Source: a virus. Taken from it: a stretch of DNA of 64,000 bases. Within the stretch, counting starts at the first letter, position 1; the number at the start of each line of letters is the position of its first letter. Shown here piece by piece: positions 58,385 to 64,000 of this stretch. A program made the position numbers and the translations under genes. The notes under the pieces are model-generated. The model saw only the letters and a list, made by a program, of their open reading frames with translations, was not told the origin of the DNA and searched no databases. The stretch is from positions 1-64,000 of the IMG/VR virus record IMGVR_UViG_3300009503_000027. One strand, written 5' to 3'.

Positions 58385-59331
58385 GGCTCTACCTCGGCGG
58401 CAAGATCTTCCTTATTATACCCCGCTTCGCTATCGGATACACTATCCCATAGGCTGAGCTGGCCAACTTTCTCCTGTGCTGTTTGTGGGTCAATCCATAG
58501 GGATTCTATTCGGGGCTGCATGGTTGATCTTGCCCCGTTGCCCCGGATACCGGTGGCCCTTGTACAAGCTGCTGCTAAGCACGTCCTATTGAAGTCAAGG
58601 CGTACCCACCCGGCCTCTTCCAGGGGAGCATAGACCTCGTGCTTGTATCCCGACAAGGCAAACTTCCCCGGTAACCCTAGGATAGTGCGAACAAGCTCTG
58701 CATGGTCCTCCACCGTCATTTCGTGCATATATACATCGGGCGACCGTCGGACATCGGGGACGTATGGTGGGTCAAGATAACAGAACGAGTGCGGAGAACA
58801 GTATTGTTGCAAGACTTCAATGGCGGGACGCGACTCTATGTGCGCTCCATGGAGGCGGGAGGCACATGCGGGCAATACCCTAATCGTGCTCAACAGACGT
58901 GCACAGGTGCCAGCCATGTGGCGGGAGGTAGTCTCAACTGCAAGCGACCAGCTGGCCCCCCAGTAGCCCGAAAAGGACTGCTTGGCAACTACCCACCAAC
59001 GCCACGCCCTACGCACTGGGTCAGTTTCGTTGTTCCATTCGCGGCGGCACTCCTCATACAGTTCCCGGCTGTGTAAGGTGAAGTATGCTAGATGCATAAA
59101 CTCATCCGGGTGATCGCGTAGGACACGAAAGAATTCCACCAAGGGCTGGTGGATATCATTGATGACCTCGAAGCGGGCTGGTGCTTTAGCAAAAAACAGG
59201 GCGGCAGAACCACAGAATGGCTCAATGTATACATCATGGGCTGGCATCAATGAAAGCAGTTGTCGCAGGAAGGGCGTTTTGCCGCCATACCAGAAGAATG
59301 GCGCTGGTATCCTTGGTCCATTACTGGTCAT
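58381..59331 (-). CDS. Dam-like (D12) DNA adenine methyltransferase, copy 3
   Basis: YGGK, EPFCGS, IND, DPPY. Confidence 0.93.
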   Translation of the reverse strand: MTSNGPRIPAPFFWYGGKTPFLRQLLSLMPAHDVYIEPFCGSAALFFAKAPARFEVINDIHQPLVEFFRVLRDHPDEFMHLAYFTLHSRELYEECRREWNNETDPVRRAWRWWVVAKQSFSGYWGASWSLAVETTSRHMAGTCARLLSTIRVLPACASRLHGAHIESRPAIEVLQQYCSPHSFCYLDPPYVPDVRRSPDVYMHEMTVEDHAELVRTILGLPGKFALSGYKHEVYAPLEEAGWVRLDFNRTCLAAACTRATGIRGNGARSTMQPRIESLWIDPQTAQEKVGQLSLWDSVSDSEAGYNKEDLAAEVEP

Positions 59332-60212
59332 GCCTCTTCTCCTATTAATTGCGTCTGTGCCCGGACCAGCTTGGCAGTTTCGGGGTCAAGCCAGACGGAC
59401 TCAACCCGCGCTTGTTTTTCCAAGACAGTGCCGTCGCCCAGGAGCCCCGTTCGGCGCGACCGTGCGGCGGCATAGCATCCCGTGGGGAAGTCTATCCGTA
59501 CCCATCCTGCCTCTTCCAATGGTTTGTATACTTCGTGGTTATATCCTGATAGCATGAAGCGCCCAGGCAAGGATAAGAGGACCTCAACTAATTCTTTATG
59601 CTCTTCTACAGACATTTCGTGGTCATATACGGTACTACTGCGGCGTGTGTCAGGAATATATGGCGGGTCGCAGTAGCAGAACGAGTTTGGTGTGCAGTAT
59701 TGCTGCATGACTTTGATAGCGGGGCCGCACTCTATCTGGGTACGTTTGAGACGCTCTACACAATCGGGCAGGTGTTCAACTGCTGAAAGCAGAGCACTAC
59801 AGGACATCGCCATGCCACGGCGTGATAATGTGATGTTAGATCTCCATCCTGCTCCCCAGTTGCCGGAGAAGGACTGGCGCGCCACTACCCACCAGCGCCA
59901 TGCTTTGCGGACCGGGTCTGTTTCTTCGCGCCATTTGGCCCTGCATTCTTCGAATAACTCGCGGCTATGGATTGTCAGCCTGGCGAGTTCTATGAACTCT
60001 TGGGGATAATCGCGGAGAACCCGGAAGAACTCCATCACGGCATGGTCAATGTCGTTAATGGTTTCAACCAGGGCCGGCTCCTTGGCAAAGAAGAGTGCTC
60101 CACTGCCAAAGTACGGTTCAACATACTCCCTGTGTGGGGGCACTAGGCGTAGTAGCCTTCCTATCATGTTGCCTTTACCTCCGTAGCGGCAAATGGGCGA
60201 GTGCAAGTGCAT
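59328..60212 (-). CDS. Dam-like (D12) DNA adenine methyltransferase, copy 2
   Basis: YGGK, EPYFGSG, INDID, DPPY. Confidence 0.93.
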   Translation of the reverse strand: MHLHSPICRYGGKGNMIGRLLRLVPPHREYVEPYFGSGALFFAKEPALVETINDIDHAVMEFFRVLRDYPQEFIELARLTIHSRELFEECRAKWREETDPVRKAWRWWVVARQSFSGNWGAGWRSNITLSRRGMAMSCSALLSAVEHLPDCVERLKRTQIECGPAIKVMQQYCTPNSFCYCDPPYIPDTRRSSTVYDHEMSVEEHKELVEVLLSLPGRFMLSGYNHEVYKPLEEAGWVRIDFPTGCYAAARSRRTGLLGDGTVLEKQARVESVWLDPETAKLVRAQTQLIGEEA

Positions 60213-60222
60213 GTTCGGTTGC

Positions 60223-60513
60223 TCACCTTAGGGACTCTAGCGTAATGCGTGGCCTAAGATGCAATGCGGCGGCTATCTTGGCGATGGTCATTATGCTACA
60301 TCGCCTGCCGCGCAGTATTCCACGGATTCCCCTAGGATTTTCGCCTATCCGGGTGGCAAGATCCTCAATACTCATCTGCCTATCTTGGAGGTGCTTCAGT
60401 ATTTCTTCTGCCAATGACAGGACTAGGCATTCAGCTATGTATTCCGGATCGTGCTGTAATTCCCGGATATGCTCTTCTACTGTCCGCACAGTACGCCCCC
60501 CTAGAAGCGGCAT
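60223..60513 (-). CDS. XRE-family HTH protein
   Basis: MSIEDLATRIG...I..ILRG...TIAKIAAAL. Confidence 0.75.
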   Translation of the reverse strand: MPLLGGRTVRTVEEHIRELQHDPEYIAECLVLSLAEEILKHLQDRQMSIEDLATRIGENPRGIRGILRGRRCSIMTIAKIAAALHLRPRITLESLR

Positions 60514-60515
60514 TC

Positions 60516-61091
60516 TTACTTGAGCCGGATTGTGCCCTGCCGGCTTCTGTCTGTTATCCAGACATGGATGCTAAAGCCCCGGATACCTAGGTCAGACAGG
60601 AGTGCCTGTACATGCATTGCCTCATCGCCACGGTAAAGATCGAATAGGATATATCCTTCGTGCCCGCAAGAGCCAGTAGTATTTATACCCTCATTGCGGA
60701 GAGCGTAAACCACCGGCCGGATGCATTCGTCTATTGCCTGGTAGAAGGACGTTTCGGGCGGCGTGGGCAATGGTCTACTTCCCGCAACTACCTCAATCCC
60801 ACATGCACGGAGCTTTTGTACCATCTGTTGTTGGCGCACGGCTTCTCTTACATCCTGCAGGTATGCTTTGGTCGCCGGGGCAGAGTCCAGCCAGTCTGCC
60901 CCTTCCCAGGTTACCCAACTTGCAAAGTGGCATAGGAAATGTTCAGCCGGCCAAGCCTCCTCGAGGGTGCGCGCCTGGCGAAGAGCAAAGTCGGCAAAAC
61001 TTTGTGCTATCTGGTGGCAAGCTCCTTGCCTCACGGCGAAGCTGTAAAGCTCGCTTCTCAATACGTCCCATGTTGTTGATGGGCCAACCAT
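60516..61091 (-). CDS. Hypothetical protein
   Basis: IDECI..V.AL...GI.T..SCGH motif common in phage proteins. Confidence 0.65.
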   Translation of the reverse strand: MVGPSTTWDVLRSELYSFAVRQGACHQIAQSFADFALRQARTLEEAWPAEHFLCHFASWVTWEGADWLDSAPATKAYLQDVREAVRQQQMVQKLRACGIEVVAGSRPLPTPPETSFYQAIDECIRPVVYALRNEGINTTGSCGHEGYILFDLYRGDEAMHVQALLSDLGIRGFSIHVWITDRSRQGTIRLK

Positions 61092-61148
61092 TACTGTTGT
61101 GCTTTTCCCCTGTGCCTCTTGGTCATTAGGGCGCCCCTCATGCTGTTA

Positions 61149-61225
61149 GGTGGAGGCGGCGGGAGTTGAACCCGCGTCCGGTGGCAAGCTCAATCCGCTT
61201 GCACATCGTCGAGCCCATCGCCCCC
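61149..61225 (-). ncRNA. Mini-tmRNA: tRNA-like domain only (no tag ORF or pseudoknots)
   Basis: GGGGGCG-AUGGGCUCGA-CGAUGUGCAAGC-GGAUUGA-GCUUGCCACCG-GAC-GCGGG-UUCAACU-CCCGC-CGCCUCC-ACC; G3.U70 pair, stemless D loop, T arm. Confidence 0.8.
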
Positions 61226-61618
61226 AACGAATGGTACATCTTCTATCTGCCTGTAGATGATTTTACCATGTTGCTGGGCATGTGCCAACTCCATGTCTGC
61301 TCCCTTTGAGGGAGCAAGATACAAAAGTGCATCCACCATCTCAACTATCCGGAGGTCCATCCGCATGAAGTCTTCCCACTTAAGTTTATACCCAGAGAGA
61401 AGTGGCATCCAGCAAGTCATGCTATGAGGGACTATGACTGCCCAGCCTTTCTGCATCAGCTGTACACCCGCGCGGACTGCCCTATATATGTTCCAGACCT
61501 GTTTGATGAAAGACAGGGGCCAGGGCCACCCGCGGCCCATGTATGGCCCTGCAATGTAAATGATTGGCAGTTTTCCCTGTTCTTGAGCGCACCCTAGCGG
61601 GGGGCGGCAGAATCTCAT
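61190..61618 (-). CDS. DUF4406 / nucleoside deoxyribosyltransferase-like protein
   Basis: IYIAGPY, G.....PH, M..DL, DAL...SKGA.ME; AGGAGG SD. Confidence 0.8.
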   Translation of the reverse strand: MRFCRPPLGCAQEQGKLPIIYIAGPYMGRGWPWPLSFIKQVWNIYRAVRAGVQLMQKGWAVIVPHSMTCWMPLLSGYKLKWEDFMRMDLRIVEMVDALLYLAPSKGADMELAHAQQHGKIIYRQIEDVPFVGGDGLDDVQAD

Positions 61619-61632
61619 TCGTACTTTACCTC

Positions 61633-62550
61633 CTACAGTTCTGAGTGGCCGAACAACTTGCCACTTTGTATTCCTAGCTCTTTGGCTGTTCTGGGGTCGA
61701 GCCACACCGACTCGATGCGTGGCTGCATAGCCGTAGCGGCGCCCTTGCCTAGTATGCCGGTGCCGACTGTCCGGCCAGCCGCATGGCAGGCTGTCCGGAA
61801 GTCCACGCGTGCCCAGCCCGCCTCTTCTAGGCGGGCATACAGCGGATTGGCATACCCGGATAGTAAGACCTTCCCCTTGACCTCCCCTGACAGGAGGAAG
61901 TCAATAAGACGTACGTGGTCCTCCTCCGACATCTCATATGTGTACACTTTGGGTTGAATTCGCGTACTCGGCAGATATGGCGGGTCTAGATAGTGCAAGC
62001 AATCTGGCGTATCTGTCCGCATAACAGCCCTCTGCCAATCCGTGCAAGAAATCTGAACACCTTGTAAGCGCGCAACTACTTGCGGAAGGCTCTCTACGCA
62101 AGACAAGAGGCTGGCCACTCCTTTGGGCATTGCGCCAGCAGTTTGTGTGCGCGTATGTCCCCACGCTGCTCCCCAATTGGCCGCGAAGCTCATCCTTGCG
62201 ACTACCCACCAGCGCCACGCCTTGCGGACAGGGTCTGTTTCTTCGCGCCATCTGGCCCGGCACTCGCGCCAGAGTGCTTCACTATACTCTGTGAGGGCGG
62301 CAAGTTGAATGAATTCCTCTCCGTGGTCGCGAAGCACGCGGAAAAACGTGGTCACGGCCTCATCTATGTCATTGATGGTTTCGTGGGGCGCCGGGGCCTT
62401 GGCGAAGAACAAGGAGCCGCCGCCAAAGAACGGTTCGCAGTATTGCTGATGAGAAGGCACCAGCCGTAGAAGTCTTCCCACCATGTTGCCCTTACCTCCA
62501 CGGCGCTGGATGGGCGAGCGGAGCCGACGTTTCCTTTTGTCGGGTGCCAT
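61633..62550 (-). CDS. Dam-like (D12) DNA adenine methyltransferase, copy 1
   Basis: GGKG, EPFFGGGS, INDID, DPPY. Confidence 0.93.
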   Translation of the reverse strand: MAPDKRKRRLRSPIQRRGGKGNMVGRLLRLVPSHQQYCEPFFGGGSLFFAKAPAPHETINDIDEAVTTFFRVLRDHGEEFIQLAALTEYSEALWRECRARWREETDPVRKAWRWWVVARMSFAANWGAAWGHTRTQTAGAMPKGVASLLSCVESLPQVVARLQGVQISCTDWQRAVMRTDTPDCLHYLDPPYLPSTRIQPKVYTYEMSEEDHVRLIDFLLSGEVKGKVLLSGYANPLYARLEEAGWARVDFRTACHAAGRTVGTGILGKGAATAMQPRIESVWLDPRTAKELGIQSGKLFGHSEL

Positions 62551-62573
62551 GCTTGCCCTCCTGTTATAGCGGC

Positions 62574-63707
62574 TTACTGCTGCTGGCCTGTCACCCTCAT
62601 AGGCATCACAATGTATATGTAACCACCTAGGTCACTAGGCCGGAGCATGGCCGCCTTGTCGTAGCCATTGAGATGGAACTGCCACGTCTGTGATGGCCCC
62701 AGGGCCTCCAACGGCTCCAAGAGGTATTGCCCATTGAACGCGAAGGTTCCCGGCCGGCCGTCCAAGGTGGCAGGAACTTCCTCGCGGAACTCACCTATCT
62801 CTGTTTCTGCGGTTTGCACACAAATAGCGTTGTCTGTGACCTCTAAAACGACGCGGTTGACGCTATGCTGAGCGATGGGCAGGGCGCGCCGTAGGGCATT
62901 GGCAAAATGATCGCCCTGGAAGGTGACAACATGCTCAAAGCTTTCTGGTATCACCCGGCTATAATCGGGAAACCGTGCATCGATTAGCAAACTGGTGAGC
63001 ACACTATTGCCTGTGCTGAACTCCACGGTGGCATCACTTACACATACATGGAAACGCGCCTCTTCGTCTTGGTATTCTGTGCACTTCAGTAGCTCGCGGA
63101 TGCACTTTGTTGGTATTAGCGCGGCGGCATCGCCTGGGCCCTGTTCATATGTTATGCCCTGTAGTTTCACTTGCGCCAGGCGGTAGGAGTCACTTGCGGT
63201 CAATAGTATGCCATCGTCAGCGGCCTGTAGAAACACGCCTCCGAGGGCAGGGCGTGTTGCGTCGCGGCTAACGGCGAATGCCACCGCTTGCAAGCCTTGG
63301 CGCAGGGCATCCATAGGAACGGTGAACGTCAAGCCCTCTGGTGTCTGCAGGCGCTCAAGGGCTTGGGGGTCAATGCCACGAAGTTGGTAGCGTGTCGCTC
63401 CGGCGGCAATGGTCAGTCCAGCATCGCTGCCTTCCAAGACCACTTGGCCAGTCAGCTTCTTGGTGGCCTGGTCTAGCAGTTGTGCCCACACGGCGACGGC
63501 CCCCTCTTGCTCTACGGTTGCGGGCACTACCTGCTGCATCTGTACTTCCCCGTCGAATGCAGATACACGTAGACTGTCTGTCTCGGCTTCAAGTAGTATG
63601 CAGTTGCGGGTTGTCATGCCTACACTTAGTATGTTGGCGCGTGCTGCCGTCCGTGCGCAGCTCGTGACTGCCCTCGATAGTAGCTTGGCGTCTATCGTCA
63701 GTCGCAT
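62574..63707 (-). CDS. dnaN: DNA polymerase III beta sliding clamp
   Basis: FAVS.D.TRP.L.G, ASDSYRLA, LID..FPDY.RVIP, FN..YL, YIVMPMR. Confidence 0.93.
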   Translation of the reverse strand: MRLTIDAKLLSRAVTSCARTAARANILSVGMTTRNCILLEAETDSLRVSAFDGEVQMQQVVPATVEQEGAVAVWAQLLDQATKKLTGQVVLEGSDAGLTIAAGATRYQLRGIDPQALERLQTPEGLTFTVPMDALRQGLQAVAFAVSRDATRPALGGVFLQAADDGILLTASDSYRLAQVKLQGITYEQGPGDAAALIPTKCIRELLKCTEYQDEEARFHVCVSDATVEFSTGNSVLTSLLIDARFPDYSRVIPESFEHVVTFQGDHFANALRRALPIAQHSVNRVVLEVTDNAICVQTAETEIGEFREEVPATLDGRPGTFAFNGQYLLEPLEALGPSQTWQFHLNGYDKAAMLRPSDLGGYIYIVMPMRVTGQQQ

Positions 63708-63730
63708 TTTATATGCTCCCTCCTAGGGAC

Positions 63731-63898
63731 TTATGGCTGGGTTGCGTTTTCTATTGCCGCCGTTGCATTCTGGACTACATTGCGAACGGTCTGTCCCAGC
63801 TGTGACCAGACTGCTAGCCCCGCAACTACTACTATGGCCAGCAGCAATGCATACTCAACGCTTGTTACTGCTGTTTCGTCCTTCCACAGGGTCCTCAT
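63731..63898 (-). CDS. flp: Flp/Fap type IVb (Tad) pilin
   Basis: 55 aa, below the ORF-track cut-off: MRTLWKDETA|VTSVEYALLLAIVVVAGLAVWSQLGQTV...; E+5/Y+6 motif; GGAGG SD. Confidence 0.8.
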   Translation of the reverse strand: MRTLWKDETAVTSVEYALLLAIVVVAGLAVWSQLGQTVRNVVQNATAAIENATQP

Positions 63899-64000
63899 CG
63901 TTCATCATCTCCTCCGGGATAATCTCCCACCAGAGGGCTTGTATGGCCTGCCGCAAGGCAGACCAATGAAGCTTCCCGTCCTCGCCGCGCGCCCTTGCGA

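Noticed and set aside
61090-61142. Short ORF (MRGALMTKRHRGKAQQ) as the tag frame of a permuted tmRNA
   Set aside because: No Ala-rich degron ending, and the TLD halves are in standard rather than permuted order.
61149-61225. Ordinary tRNA-Ala, or a simple tmRNA attP fragment
   Set aside because: There is no D stem, no U33 or Ala anticodon, and the arm is too long for a tRNA. An attP would normally copy only one end, whereas both complementary ends are present, and no integrase is adjacent.
2337-64000. Genome-wide TAG recoding
   Set aside because: Capsid, tail tube and other genes end normally at TAG, and coding density is high under the standard code.

Overview
The window is most of a tailed dsDNA phage genome (siphovirus-like). 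The left ~2.9 kb is a regulatory or terminal region with a GC-rich microsatellite, strong promoters and mirrored C-rich/G-rich tracts. A short minus-strand pair (caspase-like protease, 3D-domain hydrolase) follows. The long plus-strand arm (4.3-41.3 kb) runs lysis, fibre-like genes, terminase, portal, protease/scaffold, capsid, tail (with a -1 frameshift chaperone), tape measure and a glycosylation cluster. A converging minus-strand arm (41.3-64 kb) carries RusA, a recombinase, SSB, a Cas4-like nuclease, RecA, primase-helicase, three Dam-like methyltransferases and DnaN. The strongest observations are: (1) a 77-nt RNA gene that is only the tRNA-like domain of tmRNA, with no mRNA/tag region, overlapping the end of a CDS; (2) a dispersed nucleotide-heptose module with three GT9 domains, suggesting virion or surface glycosylation; (3) a Flp pilin missed by the ORF track; (4) a metacaspase-like protease; (5) a likely tyrosine-recombinase 3' remnant where the two arms meet. 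All family calls come from motif recognition by eye; no searches were run.
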